64,000 bases of DNA. Source: Archangiaceae bacterium (GTDB lineage: Bacteria > Myxococcota > Myxococcia > Myxococcales > Myxococcaceae). Positions within the stretch are counted from its first letter, which is position 1. Every line of letters starts with the position of its first letter. The notes beneath the pieces were generated by a model. That model made no database searches and was not told where the DNA came from. It saw only the letters and a list, made by a program, of their open reading frames with translations. This document shows positions 1 to 9,472 of the stretch, piece after piece. Position numbers and translations under genes: made by a program. The stretch covers positions 1 through 64,000 of the forward strand of contig JBEIIB010000006.1 of assembly GCA_040381015.1 (NCBI GenBank), written 5' to 3'.

Positions 1-111
1 CACAATCGCTTCTACCGCACCACCGACGAGCGCGATTCCGCCCTCCGCCATACCTTCACCCGCTTTCAACGCTGCCCGCGCCTCATCGCCAATCACGTTG
101 CCCGCTTCCAA
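1..111 (+). CDS. 3' end of an unidentified plus-strand gene entering the window (..HNRFYRTTDERDSALRHTFTRFQRCPRLIANHVARFQ*)
   Basis: Frame 1 is open from base 1 to a TGA at 109-111 and has strong GC3 bias. No family recognised. Confidence 0.3.
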
Positions 112-405
112 TGATCCACACTCACCGAGAAACTGTTTAGCCCACCGGCGAAGTCTTGCGTCCTGTCGACTCCCGACCTTTCGAACAGCCCGGTCCCTGG
201 TCTTGTCCCTCCTGACTGGTTGCAGCCCGGTGGTTTCGGGCGAGCCGACGCTCATGGTCACCACCAGCCCCATGACGATGGATGCCGTCTCGAGGACCGT
301 TCGGGTACGGGTCGTCGCGACGAACGCCGATGGCACGCTCGGCCAGGGCGAGGTGAAGCTTACGACCTCGGGGCTGGCGTCTCTCGCTGCGGCCAATAGC
401 GCCGG

Positions 406-1464
406 TCACTGAGCGGGTGAGGGGGCTTCTTCCTCCTCGACGTCCGTGCGCTTCACCGAGCTGCACAGCGTCGTCGGGGCGAGCCGCGTCGACGCCGTGA
501 GCTCGGCGCTCTTCGCGCGCTCGAGGGCGGCTGGCAGCTCGTCTTCGAGGCTCCGGAGTTCACCGCACAGGGCCACCCGGCTGCGGGCGAGCTTCGGAGT
601 GGGCTTGCGCTTGTACGAGGTCGCCTCGCGCTCGAGCTGCTTCTGGCTCGCCGCGTGTCGCGCCACCAGCAGCTTCACGTGCGCCGCGTGACGTCGCTTC
701 ATCGCTTCGGTCTGCGCCTTCACGACATCGGCCGCCGCGTCGGGGCTCTCCTGCGTGGCGTCGCCGTTGAGCAGCGGGAGATCGACCGTGAGCTCGAGCG
801 ACGACCGCGGCTGGCTCTGAAGGGCGGCTTCGAGGCACCGCTCCACTTTGTCGGCCAGCGGGTCCGATGCGGTGACGACGTCGATGGGCGCCCCGGGCAG
901 GTGTTTGAGGACCAGCTGCGGGGGCGCGTTCATCCCGAGGACCTCGAAGCACGCGCAGGCACCCGTCACGGCCGCCCGGAGCGCGTTCACTTCGGGCAGC
1001 AGCTCCACTGACGGGGCTGGCGCTCCTTCTGGCGGCGTGACGACCAGCACGTGGACCAGCGGGGTCGAAGCGGCGCCAGTGAGGCTGAGGTCCTTCACGC
1101 GGGCTTCGAGGCAGGCCACTCCTTCCGGCGTCACGTTGCGTGGCGTGACGCGGGCGCTCACGGTGGCGGCGACCGTCACCTCGAGCTCGGCGGTGGCGTT
1201 CGCCTGGTCGCGGCTGGTGGGGGACGCCAGACACGCCCCGAAGCGCGGGCGCTCGAGCTCGAGGAACGCCTCGAGCGTCTCTTTCGTCAGGCCGCGGGGC
1301 GGGGCCGGCTTCGTACAGGCGCTCACATCGAATGGCAGGGCTCGAACCCGTACTGCGTTGGTGCGTGGCGCAGGAACCGCGGGTTCGACGGGCTTCACCG
1401 GCTCGAGCACGGGCTTCGCCGTCACGCACGACGTCAGCACGAGCAGCCCCACCAGCGCACGCAT
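406..1464 (-). CDS. hypothetical lipoprotein
   Basis: 352 aa ORF. N-terminus MRALVGLLVLTSC is a signal peptide with lipobox (LTSC). No catalytic motif recognised. Confidence 0.5.
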   Translation of the reverse strand: MRALVGLLVLTSCVTAKPVLEPVKPVEPAVPAPRTNAVRVRALPFDVSACTKPAPPRGLTKETLEAFLELERPRFGACLASPTSRDQANATAELEVTVAATVSARVTPRNVTPEGVACLEARVKDLSLTGAASTPLVHVLVVTPPEGAPAPSVELLPEVNALRAAVTGACACFEVLGMNAPPQLVLKHLPGAPIDVVTASDPLADKVERCLEAALQSQPRSSLELTVDLPLLNGDATQESPDAAADVVKAQTEAMKRRHAAHVKLLVARHAASQKQLEREATSYKRKPTPKLARSRVALCGELRSLEDELPAALERAKSAELTASTRLAPTTLCSSVKRTDVEEEEAPSPAQ

Positions 1465-1578
1465 GCCGAAGGTCTACCCCGTCCCTCGTGGAAGGGAACT
1501 TCTGCGCACATGGGGAAGCCGACGCTCTGGAACCCGACGTGGCGCGTGGTGTCGAGAGCAGCCACGGAGGCCGTAACC

Positions 1579-2868
1579 ATGTCGACGACGGCGTTGGCCA
1601 TTTCGGTGCGGTGGGGAGATCGGCTGATCAGCTCGCACGTGCTCCGAGCGCACGACCGGCGGGTCTTCTCGCTCGGCAGCGCGCCCGGCAGCGACGTGCC
1701 CGTCTCTCGCGCAGGCCAGGCCTCGTTCTCGTTCGGCGGCGACGGACCCGTGGTGCACTTCACCGACGGCGTCAGGGGGCAGGTGCTTCGCAACGGCGAC
1801 ACCGAGCTGCCCATGTCGGACGTGATTCACCGCGGCCTCGCGCATGAGGAGAAGGAAGGGTGGACGTTGCCGCTCGGCCGCCGCGACGGCGTGGTGCTGG
1901 AGTTCGGCAACGTCGCGGTCGAGGCGTGGCCGATGAAAGCGCCCCTGCGCGTCGGCCTCATGAACGCCGTGTGGGACTACCGGTGGCTCAACGTGCTGAT
2001 GGCCACGATGATGTTCGCGCTGCTCATCGTCCTGCGCTTCGAACTCTTCGCGATGGAGGGGGCTGACCTCGATGACGACGGCGTTTCGGCGTCGGCCGTG
2101 ACGTTGCGGCGCGTGCTGGTGACGGCCGAGCAGCCCCAGAAGCAACCGCGCGTCGTCGAGCAGGCCCCCGAGAAGGTCCCGCAGCAGAAGCAGGCGGTCG
2201 CCATCGGGAGCCCGAAGAAGGGCCCCACGCCGGTGACGCGTGGTGTGGGCGGTCCGCGTGCCGTCGGTCCCGACCTTCACACGATCTTCGCCGGGCTGGG
2301 CGGGCAGGGCGTGATGGGAAACGGTGGGCTCGCGAAGGAACTCACCGACGCGCTCGGCAACGTGGTTGGCAACGCCGACGGGCTTGGCGGCATCAGGCTG
2401 CGCGGCAACGGCGGGGGTGGCGAGCTCGGAGGTCCGCTGCGCATCGGCGGCATCGGCCTGAAGGTCGGTCCTCCTGGCGGTGGTCCGGACTACTCGCTGA
2501 AGAAGACGGAAGGCGAGGGGCCGAAGGTCTTCGACACGCCGCCCGAGATCACCTGCGCCGCGGTGGGTTGCCTCGACAAGGAGCTGATTCGTCGCGTCGT
2601 CCGCGAGCACCTCGGCCAGGTGCGCTATTGCTACGAGCAATTGTTGCCGCGCATGCCGAACCTGAGCGGTCGCGTCGTCGTGAAGTGGCACGTGACCGGC
2701 GGTGGCATCGTCGATTCGTCCGAGGTGGTCTCGTCGACGGCACAGACCGCGGACCTCGGCAGCTGTCTCGCGGGCCGCGTGCGGACCTGGCGGTTCCCTG
2801 CGGCGCAGCAGGCCGAAGCGGGCTTCGCCGTCTCGTACCCGTTCGTCTTCAAGCTCTCGGGGCAGTGA
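1579..2868 (+). CDS. PglI/GltG-like protein: N-terminal FHA-like region, TM helix, Gly/Pro-rich linker, AgmX/PglI-type (TonB-C-like) C-terminal domain
   Basis: The ORF is open from 1051, but the minus-strand lipoprotein occupies positions up to 1464, so the start is probably ATG 1579 (MSTTALAISVRW) or ATG 1510. Hydrophobic segment LNVLMATMMFALLIVL. Long GxGG-rich linker. C-terminus ..IRRVVREHLGQVRYCYEQ..GRVVVKWHVTGGGIVDSSEVV..LGSCLAGRVRTWRFP is typical of the myxobacterial AgmX/PglI C-terminal domain. Confidence 0.6.
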   Translation: MSTTALAISVRWGDRLISSHVLRAHDRRVFSLGSAPGSDVPVSRAGQASFSFGGDGPVVHFTDGVRGQVLRNGDTELPMSDVIHRGLAHEEKEGWTLPLGRRDGVVLEFGNVAVEAWPMKAPLRVGLMNAVWDYRWLNVLMATMMFALLIVLRFELFAMEGADLDDDGVSASAVTLRRVLVTAEQPQKQPRVVEQAPEKVPQQKQAVAIGSPKKGPTPVTRGVGGPRAVGPDLHTIFAGLGGQGVMGNGGLAKELTDALGNVVGNADGLGGIRLRGNGGGGELGGPLRIGGIGLKVGPPGGGPDYSLKKTEGEGPKVFDTPPEITCAAVGCLDKELIRRVVREHLGQVRYCYEQLLPRMPNLSGRVVVKWHVTGGGIVDSSEVVSSTAQTADLGSCLAGRVRTWRFPAAQQAEAGFAVSYPFVFKLSGQ

Positions 2869-2872
2869 CGCC

Positions 2873-3661
2873 TCAGAACGCGGGGCCCACCGTGAAGCGC
2901 ACCATCGGCTGAGGCGCCCACGAACCGACGCCCGGTCGCTGGAACCCGGGCAGCAGAATCACGGCGCTCTGCGGCAGCACACCGAGCACTCGAACGCCCG
3001 AGTCGGGGATTGGCTGGTGCCACACCTGCAGCCCCGCGCCGATGGACAGCGCCAGCGCACCCTTCGGTCGGAACACGTAGCCGAACATCGCGCCTGGACC
3101 GACGAGCAGCGTCGACGCCGGCGAGAACCAGAACACCGAGCCCTGCACCGCGAGGAACGGGCCTTCGAGCAGGTGATCGCCCACGTAGAAGCGCAGGCCG
3201 AGGTCGAAGCCCACCTGCGGAATGAGGCTGGCGCCCAGCACGCCGAACACCGTCATCGTCTTCGATACGGCCTTCTCGAGCTCGAACGACAGGTGCGTCG
3301 CGAACAGGCTCAGCGGAGCGAAGTGCAGAATCGCGGTGCGCTCGGGCTCGGTCGGCGACTCATGCGGGAGAGGCGACGCCACCGGGACCTCGATGGGGAC
3401 GTCACTGGTGAAGAGGGGCGGCGTCGACGGCTCCCGAACGCCGGCGTCGACCGGCGCAGCGATGACGATGACGGGCGGGGGCGGGAGCGGCGTCGTCGGT
3501 GCGTCGGAGTTCACCAGCGGCGGCGGCGTCGCCTGGGTCAGCAGCACGGCGAGGACGAGCGCTCCCACGTGGCTCGACTCGAGCGTCTTGCGCGTCTGGG
3601 GACTGATGACGTCAACAGAAGAGAAGCTCGTCTTCGGTCTGGCCGTCGAGGGGCGCTTCAA
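2873..3661 (-). CDS. hypothetical outer-membrane (beta-barrel-like) protein with Pro-rich N-terminal linker
   Basis: 262 aa. Hydrophobic signal-like segment VGALVLAVLLTQA. Pro-rich tract. Alternating amphipathic C-terminal half ending in an aromatic residue (..FTVGPAF), as in OM barrels. The start may be downstream of the annotated Met. Confidence 0.45.
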   Translation of the reverse strand: MKRPSTARPKTSFSSVDVISPQTRKTLESSHVGALVLAVLLTQATPPPLVNSDAPTTPLPPPPVIVIAAPVDAGVREPSTPPLFTSDVPIEVPVASPLPHESPTEPERTAILHFAPLSLFATHLSFELEKAVSKTMTVFGVLGASLIPQVGFDLGLRFYVGDHLLEGPFLAVQGSVFWFSPASTLLVGPGAMFGYVFRPKGALALSIGAGLQVWHQPIPDSGVRVLGVLPQSAVILLPGFQRPGVGSWAPQPMVRFTVGPAF

Positions 3662-3694
3662 ACGAGGCCTCGCCGGCGCTCTGCCGATCCTGCA

Positions 3695-5113
3695 TCAGCT
3701 GGAGGTGACCTTCGCTTCGCGCTGTGGGTGCACGCCGAGCTCGTTCATCAGCCGGTGCAGGTACGTGCGCTGCAACCCGAGGTCGCGCGCGGCCTGGCTG
3801 ACGTTGCCGTTGGTTCGCTGGAGCGTCTCGGCGACGAGCTCGGTCTTGAACTGCAGCACCTCGTCGTGAAACCCGGCACGCCGTCGGGTGCGGGCCGAGA
3901 GGATGGCGAGCTCCCGCGGCAGGTGCGCGAGCGACAGGCCTCCCAGGGCGAGCGCGCGTCGGAGCACGGCCTCGAGCTCGGCGACGTTCCCGGGCCAGGC
4001 GTAGCGCTCGAGCGCGGACAGCACCGAGGGCGAGAGGCTCAGCGACGTGCCCAGCTTCGACAGCAGCGACGTCGCCAACGCCGCGACGTCCTGGGGGCGC
4101 GCGCTCAGCGGGGGCAGCATCACCTGCACGACGCCCACTGCTGCCGCGACGTGTGGCTCGATCGGCCCTCGCGTGGTGCTGACCCAGAAGACGTCTGGCC
4201 TCGACTGCATCAGCTCGACCAGCTCGTCGATGGTGGCAGAGGGCGCGAGCTCGAGGTGCTCGAGGACCATCGTGCCCGTGAAGCCCTTCCGCAACAGGCC
4301 CTTCACCGCCGGCACGCCCTCGCGCGCCTCGACGCTGACGAAGGGCGTGCGCAGAAAACCGCCTGCGCGGTGGAGGTGCCGGGAGAGGTGCGTCGCGCCA
4401 GCGCCCTGCGGACCGGTGATGAGGGTCGGGAGGCGCTTCGAGGCAGACCGGTCGACCACCGCGGCGATCGACCGCATCGCTTCGGAGTCACCGATGAGCG
4501 GCGACTCGGGGCACGAGACCTCGAGGGCCTGCCAGGCGCGCTGCAGCGCCTCGGCGTCTGCTTCACTGGAGCGTGAGAAGTGGATGAGCTGCTCGACGAG
4601 CAGCTGCATGAGGTCGGCGGCGATGCGCACCTCACGCACGTTGAGCGACGGCGTCTGACGAAGCTGCGCGAGCGCCTCGTCGAAGCCGGGCGCCCAGCCC
4701 TGCCGCGCCGCGCGGTGCGCCACCGCCTGCTCCTCCTGGAAGACGTGCTCGGCGCGCATGAAGCCGCACGTCGCGATGACGCCCAGGAACTGACCGTCGA
4801 CGACGATGGGCGCTCCGAGCGTCTGCAGCCCGATGTGACAGGGCTTCTGGGTGAAGTCGGCTGAGGACAGCTTCTTCGACGCAAACAGCGCCGTACCCGC
4901 CGAGAGGCACGCCTTCATGCCCTTCTTCCGGTCGGTGCAGATGCGCGTACAGAGCGCGTTGTTTGTCGGCATGTACTGACCGGCAGGAATGCCCTCGACC
5001 CGTGCCTTCGGAGAGACGAACAGGAACGTCAGGCCAAGGCTGTCCTTCACCTTCTCAGTCAGCTTGCGCACCACCGGGTGCCGCGACAGCGCGTCGAGAT
5101 CGAGCTCCGCCAT
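3695..5113 (-). CDS. PocR-sensor / sigma-54-interaction-domain / Fis-HTH transcriptional regulator with degenerate AAA+ motifs (pseudo-EBP)
   Basis: N-terminal PocR-like Cys-containing sensor (CTRIC..C..CHIGLQTLGAPIVVDGQFLGVI). Central region is alignable to EBP AAA+ (PFVSVE; WPGNVAELE). However, Walker A reads GPQGAGAT (no Lys), the ELFGHEKGAFTGA segment is missing, and the Walker B DE position reads EH. C-terminal Fis-type HTH (NVSQAARDLGLQRTYLHRLMNELG). Confidence 0.8.
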   Translation of the reverse strand: MAELDLDALSRHPVVRKLTEKVKDSLGLTFLFVSPKARVEGIPAGQYMPTNNALCTRICTDRKKGMKACLSAGTALFASKKLSSADFTQKPCHIGLQTLGAPIVVDGQFLGVIATCGFMRAEHVFQEEQAVAHRAARQGWAPGFDEALAQLRQTPSLNVREVRIAADLMQLLVEQLIHFSRSSEADAEALQRAWQALEVSCPESPLIGDSEAMRSIAAVVDRSASKRLPTLITGPQGAGATHLSRHLHRAGGFLRTPFVSVEAREGVPAVKGLLRKGFTGTMVLEHLELAPSATIDELVELMQSRPDVFWVSTTRGPIEPHVAAAVGVVQVMLPPLSARPQDVAALATSLLSKLGTSLSLSPSVLSALERYAWPGNVAELEAVLRRALALGGLSLAHLPRELAILSARTRRRAGFHDEVLQFKTELVAETLQRTNGNVSQAARDLGLQRTYLHRLMNELGVHPQREAKVTSS

Positions 5114-5226
5114 GACGATGGTGTATCTCAGGGCGGACAGTCGCTGGAAGGCCCGAGGGCCGGGCAGGGCGGGTCCTCAGCCAGAGGACGACGCCTGTGC
5201 CCATCGACGCGGTCATCAAGGAGCGC

Positions 5227-5679
5227 TCACGACGCCCAGGTAATCTCCCACTCGGCCAGCTCACCCTTCACCATCACCTCGACCACGTCGCCGACCTTGC
5301 GGCCGACGATGGCTTTGCCGAGCGGTGAGCCGGGAGTCACCACGTGAAGAAAGCCGTCGCCATCAGGGCCGGTCAGCTCCTCGCCTGCGCCAGACGGAGC
5401 GACGAACAACGTCTTCCCCGCGTCGCCGTCTTCCACCTCGACGAGCGCGCCCAGCCCGATGAGCGCGCCCTTCTTGAGTGGCACCGGCTTGAAGTCGGCC
5501 GCAGCAGCCCACGAGGCCTCTGCTGCCTGCAGACGCGTCTTCGCGGCCGAGGCGATGTTGACCGCGCGCGGCGCGCCCGACTGCGCATCGACCCGCGCGT
5601 CTTCGGCGTAGCGCAGCGCCTGTTCGTAAGCGGCGCGGAGCTTCGTCTGCAGCTGCATGGCGAGGAAGAGCTTGTCCAT
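5227..5679 (-). CDS. greA: transcription elongation factor GreA/GreB family
   Basis: 150 aa. N-terminal coiled-coil region. C-terminal FKBP-like domain motifs (..LIGLGALVEVED..GKTLFVAPSGAGEEL...SPLGKAIVGRKVGDVVEV). Confidence 0.85.
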   Translation of the reverse strand: MDKLFLAMQLQTKLRAAYEQALRYAEDARVDAQSGAPRAVNIASAAKTRLQAAEASWAAAADFKPVPLKKGALIGLGALVEVEDGDAGKTLFVAPSGAGEELTGPDGDGFLHVVTPGSPLGKAIVGRKVGDVVEVMVKGELAEWEITWAS

Positions 5680-5757
5680 GGCGACAGGGTAGCGACGCTG
5701 GCCGAGTGCTCAAGAAAGCGGCTTGCTCCCGCCGATCAGCTGAGGTGGAACCAGGCC

Positions 5758-6771
5758 ATGCCCGCTACCGACTGGAAAGAAGTCGTCGCCCCGAACGAGA
5801 AGGCGCTGTTCGACGGCCTCGCCGCCCAGCTGCGAGAGGTGCAGCGCGAGAAGGCGAAGTCGTACGGGAGCATCAGCCGCGGTCTTCACGCGAAGGGGCA
5901 CGTCGGGCTCAAGGCTGAGGTGACGGTGCGTGACGGCTTGCCCACCTGGGCGCGCGTCGGCCCGTTCGCTGCGCCCGGCACGCTCAAGGCCTGGCTGCGT
6001 CTGTCGAACGGCGGGACGGCACATCAGAGCGACAAGGCGCCTGACGTTCGTGGGCTCGCGCTCAAGGTGACTGGCGTCGGCGGGAAGAAGCTCATCCCTG
6101 GCATGGAGGACGCTCCCACGATGGACTTCCTCGCCATCCTCACCCAGTCGATGCCCTTCAAGGCGCCTGAGACGTTCGTCGGCGTGGTGCGTGCGGCGAA
6201 CGGCCCCAAGCTCCTCATTCTGCCGCGCATCCTCGGCATCCTCGGCTTCGACACGTTCCGGGTCCTCGGGACGATGCAGAAGGGCATGGCCAACCGCGTC
6301 GAGTCGTACGTGGAGCAGACGTTCTTCTCCGTGCTCCCGATTCGGTGGGGCGACGCGGCCGTGAAGTACAGCTTCCTGCCCGTCAACCCGCCGAAGCCGG
6401 CGACGCCGGTGACGAGCGAGCACACCCGCTTCGCCGACGATGTGCGCGCCCGCGTCTCGGCGGCGCCGCTGAAGTGGACGTTGCGTGTTCAGCCTTTCGT
6501 GAGCGAGGCCGAGACGCCCATCGAAGACCCGACGAAGGTGTGGGAATCGCCGTGGACCGAGATCGCCGACGTCACCATTCCGGTGCAGGACCCGGCGAGT
6601 GAAACCGGCAAGGCCCTGTCGAGCCTGGTCGAGACCTTCTCGTTCGACCCCTGGCACGCGCCGGTCGAGTTCCGTCCGCTGGGAGCGATGATGCGTGCCC
6701 GCGGCGCCGCGTATCGAGACAGCAATATCGAGCGAAAGGCAGCGCACGAGCCGACGCCCGAGCAGTGGTGA
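5758..6771 (+). CDS. catalase-related haem protein (small catalase-like / catalase-related peroxidase family)
   Basis: Start chosen at ATG 5758 (MPATDWKEV) with GAGGTGGA 8 nt upstream. The longer ORF from 5344 overlaps greA on the other strand. Distal-His-like RGLHAKGH motif. C-terminal R..AAYRDS proximal-Tyr-like motif. Size about 337 aa. Confidence 0.7.
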   Translation: MPATDWKEVVAPNEKALFDGLAAQLREVQREKAKSYGSISRGLHAKGHVGLKAEVTVRDGLPTWARVGPFAAPGTLKAWLRLSNGGTAHQSDKAPDVRGLALKVTGVGGKKLIPGMEDAPTMDFLAILTQSMPFKAPETFVGVVRAANGPKLLILPRILGILGFDTFRVLGTMQKGMANRVESYVEQTFFSVLPIRWGDAAVKYSFLPVNPPKPATPVTSEHTRFADDVRARVSAAPLKWTLRVQPFVSEAETPIEDPTKVWESPWTEIADVTIPVQDPASETGKALSSLVETFSFDPWHAPVEFRPLGAMMRARGAAYRDSNIERKAAHEPTPEQW

Positions 6772-6800
6772 CGCGCTGACGGAGTGCCATACTGCACGCC

Positions 6801-7661
6801 GTGACTGACGCATTGAGGCTGACCGACGTTCGGCGACGGTTTGGAAAAGCCATCGCCCTCGACGGACTCTCGCTCGCGGTACGGCAGGGCGAAATCTACG
6901 GCTTCCTGGGCCGCAACGGCGCGGGCAAGACGACGACGCTGCGCATCCTCACCGGGGTGCTGCACGCCGACGCGGGAACCGTGGAACTCCTCGGCCAGCA
7001 GCTCAAGAAGGTCCCCGTCGAGTTGAAACGCCGCATCGGGTCGGTCTCGCAGGAGCAGCACTTCTACCCGTGGATGACGGGCCGCGAGCTCGGCCGCTTC
7101 GTGAAGGGCTTCTACCCGACGTGGGACCAACCCGAGTTCGAGCGCCTTTCGAAGCTGCTCGACGTCGCCCTGGACAAACGCGCGCAGGAACTCTCGGGTG
7201 GAACGCGCACCAAGCTCGGCCTCGCACTCGCCCTGGCTCCGAGGCCCGACCTGTTGTTGCTCGACGAGCCCACCACCGGCCTCGACCCCGTCGCGCGCCG
7301 CGAGTTCAACGATCTCGTCTCGACCATCGTGAAGGAGCGCGGCTGCACGGCCTTTCTGTCATCGCACCTCGTCGACGAAGTGCAGCAGGTGGCCCACCGC
7401 GTCGGCATCATCCAGTCGGGCAAGATGCGCATCGAGGGTGAGGTGCCGTGGCTGCTGCAGTCGGTGAAGCGGGTGAAGCTGCCCGAGCCGTTGGAAGCGT
7501 TGCCGCCCGGGTTCCAGGTCGTTCGTGGAGACGTGCTCCGCGGCACCCCCGCTGACTGGGAAGCGACGCCGTGGCCTGAGGGCACCCTCATCGAGCTGCT
7601 CAGCCTCGAAGACGTCTTCCTCGCCTTCGCCCGCACCGATGCCCTCGCCGCCGCCGCATGA
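6801..7661 (+). CDS. ABC transporter ATP-binding protein (ABC-2 type exporter ATPase)
   Basis: Walker A GRNGAGKTT. Signature LSGGTRTKL. Walker B LLLLDEPTTGLD. H-loop SSHL. Stop overlaps the next start (ATGA). Confidence 0.9.
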   Translation: MTDALRLTDVRRRFGKAIALDGLSLAVRQGEIYGFLGRNGAGKTTTLRILTGVLHADAGTVELLGQQLKKVPVELKRRIGSVSQEQHFYPWMTGRELGRFVKGFYPTWDQPEFERLSKLLDVALDKRAQELSGGTRTKLGLALALAPRPDLLLLDEPTTGLDPVARREFNDLVSTIVKERGCTAFLSSHLVDEVQQVAHRVGIIQSGKMRIEGEVPWLLQSVKRVKLPEPLEALPPGFQVVRGDVLRGTPADWEATPWPEGTLIELLSLEDVFLAFARTDALAAAA

Positions 7662-9472
7662 GGCGCATCGCCCTCAAGGAACTGCGCGAGCACGGCTGGG
7701 TTCTCTCGGTGCTGTTCGTCCTCTTCGGGCTCGGCCTCGCCGTGTCGCTCAACCGGGGTGACGAAGAAGGCGGCCGGTTTTCGGCGCTGACGTTCTTCCT
7801 GCTCCGCTACGGCGTCGTCGCCGCGCTCGTCGCCGGCAACCGACTCGTGGTGCGCGAGTACACCGGGAGGACGCAGCTGTTCCTCGAGGTGCTGCCCATC
7901 AGCCGGCTGCGCGTGGCGATGGCGAAGTGGCTCTTCGGGTGGGGCTGGGTGTCGCTGGCCGCCGTCTCAGCGTGGGGCGCGACGTGGTGGTGGCAGGCGC
8001 GCACGGTGCCAGTGCCGCTCGAAGACGCGCTTCACGCGCTGGTGCCTGCGCTGCTGTGGCTGACTGCGGTCTGGTCGACGTGCTTCGTCGCGGCCCTGCT
8101 CGGGCGCTACCGCCTGCTGTTCTGGGTCGTCTTCGGGCTCCTTCTCTACGCGCTCGATGAGGTCGGCCAGGTCCAGGTGATGGAAACGCCGCCGTTCCAC
8201 ATCGTGTCCGAGACGCTGGCCGTCGCGAACGCGTGGCCCGCCGCCACCGACGTCATCGCCTGTCTCGTCATCACGGTGCTCGGTCTGGGCCTGGGTCTGC
8301 TCTTCGCGACGGCAGGGGAGGGCAGCATCGCCGCGACGCTGTCGGGCCGCATGACGTCACGCGAGCGAATCCTCTCGTTCAGCGTCGTGCTCGTCGGCGT
8401 CATGCTCTTCAGCGTGCTCACGCGGCATCGAGACCGCCCCGCGTTCGCGCTCGAGTCGGTGACGCCGAAGGACTCTCCCGTCGGGCCCATCGGCGTGCTG
8501 CCCGGTGATGGGGTGAGTGACGAGGTCGCGCAGGCGCTGGTCGAGTCGGTGGCCGTCGACGTCGTCACCTTCGTGCAGGCGATGCGGTACCCGAAGCTGG
8601 CCGGCGTCTACGTGGTGTCTCAACGCGGCCTCGACCCCGACGTGATGCTCCGGGTCCCGCTGGGAGAGAAGGACGGCGTCGTCTACCGCGCGAACATCGC
8701 CGACCCGCGCTTCGACTCCATCAACCTGCGCTACCGCATCCTCCACACCATCGTGGGCGACGTGACGGCATCTCGCGCCCTCGAAGAAGACCGGCACTGG
8801 TTGCTCGACGGTTTCGCGTCGTACTGGGCGGTGCGGGGAGACGCTGACGCGCGCGCGCTGTTGCGAAAACGCGCCGCCGCGTCTCACATCGGGTTGACGG
8901 TCGAGGCGGTGCGTCGATGGAACGAGACGTTCGAAGCGGCCGGTGACTGCTTCGGCATGGGCATCAGCTTCACGCTCGTCGATGCGCTCATCGACGAGCT
9001 CGGCGAGGCGCAGGTCATCGAGCTGGCCCGGAGCACCTTCGTGAAGCCGCACCGCGACCTTCGCGACATGCTCTTCGAGAAGAAGCTCGTCGCGTTGCTG
9101 GCGGAGAAGAAGGTGCCCTTCGAGGCGCTGGTGGCGCGCGCCGATGCCGCTCGTCGCAACGCCGGTGGTTCGCTCGGCTACGAAGGCCGGCTCGAGCTGG
9201 TGCCTCAGGGTGGTGGCCAGACGCGGGTGAAGTTCACGCTGAAGAAGGACGGCGAGCCGGTGAAGCGCTGGCGTGGCCTGACGGCGTCGACGGGCCCCTG
9301 GCAGCAGGGCATCGGTTACAGCGAGGCGGCCCGGGTCGACGCGCGCAGCGGCGAAGCGTTGGCGACGTCGACGTTCTCGCCGGGAGAGCGGCTCTTCGCC
9401 GCCATCGAGGTCGACGACCCCGAGCTCAAGTGCAGCGCCCGCGTGCTGCAGTCGTGGCAGGTGCTGCCGTGA
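7658..9472 (+). CDS. ABC-2 family permease fused to a C-terminal extracytoplasmic domain (degenerate metalloprotease-like paralog)
   Basis: N-terminal MRRIALKELREHGW followed by 6 predicted TM helices. C-terminal domain of about 330 aa aligns with the HExxH region of the next gene but reads HTIVGD (no HExxH). ATGA-coupled to the ATPase. Confidence 0.7.
   Translation: MRRIALKELREHGWVLSVLFVLFGLGLAVSLNRGDEEGGRFSALTFFLLRYGVVAALVAGNRLVVREYTGRTQLFLEVLPISRLRVAMAKWLFGWGWVSLAAVSAWGATWWWQARTVPVPLEDALHALVPALLWLTAVWSTCFVAALLGRYRLLFWVVFGLLLYALDEVGQVQVMETPPFHIVSETLAVANAWPAATDVIACLVITVLGLGLGLLFATAGEGSIAATLSGRMTSRERILSFSVVLVGVMLFSVLTRHRDRPAFALESVTPKDSPVGPIGVLPGDGVSDEVAQALVESVAVDVVTFVQAMRYPKLAGVYVVSQRGLDPDVMLRVPLGEKDGVVYRANIADPRFDSINLRYRILHTIVGDVTASRALEEDRHWLLDGFASYWAVRGDADARALLRKRAAASHIGLTVEAVRRWNETFEAAGDCFGMGISFTLVDALIDELGEAQVIELARSTFVKPHRDLRDMLFEKKLVALLAEKKVPFEALVARADAARRNAGGSLGYEGRLELVPQGGGQTRVKFTLKKDGEPVKRWRGLTASTGPWQQGIGYSEAARVDARSGEALATSTFSPGERLFAAIEVDDPELKCSARVLQSWQVLP

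Noticed and set aside
1051-1578. Upstream extension (from 1051) of the PglI-like gene
   Set aside because: It overlaps the well-supported minus-strand lipoprotein gene (406..1464) and is Arg/Gly/His-rich. Start moved to ATG 1579 (or 1510).
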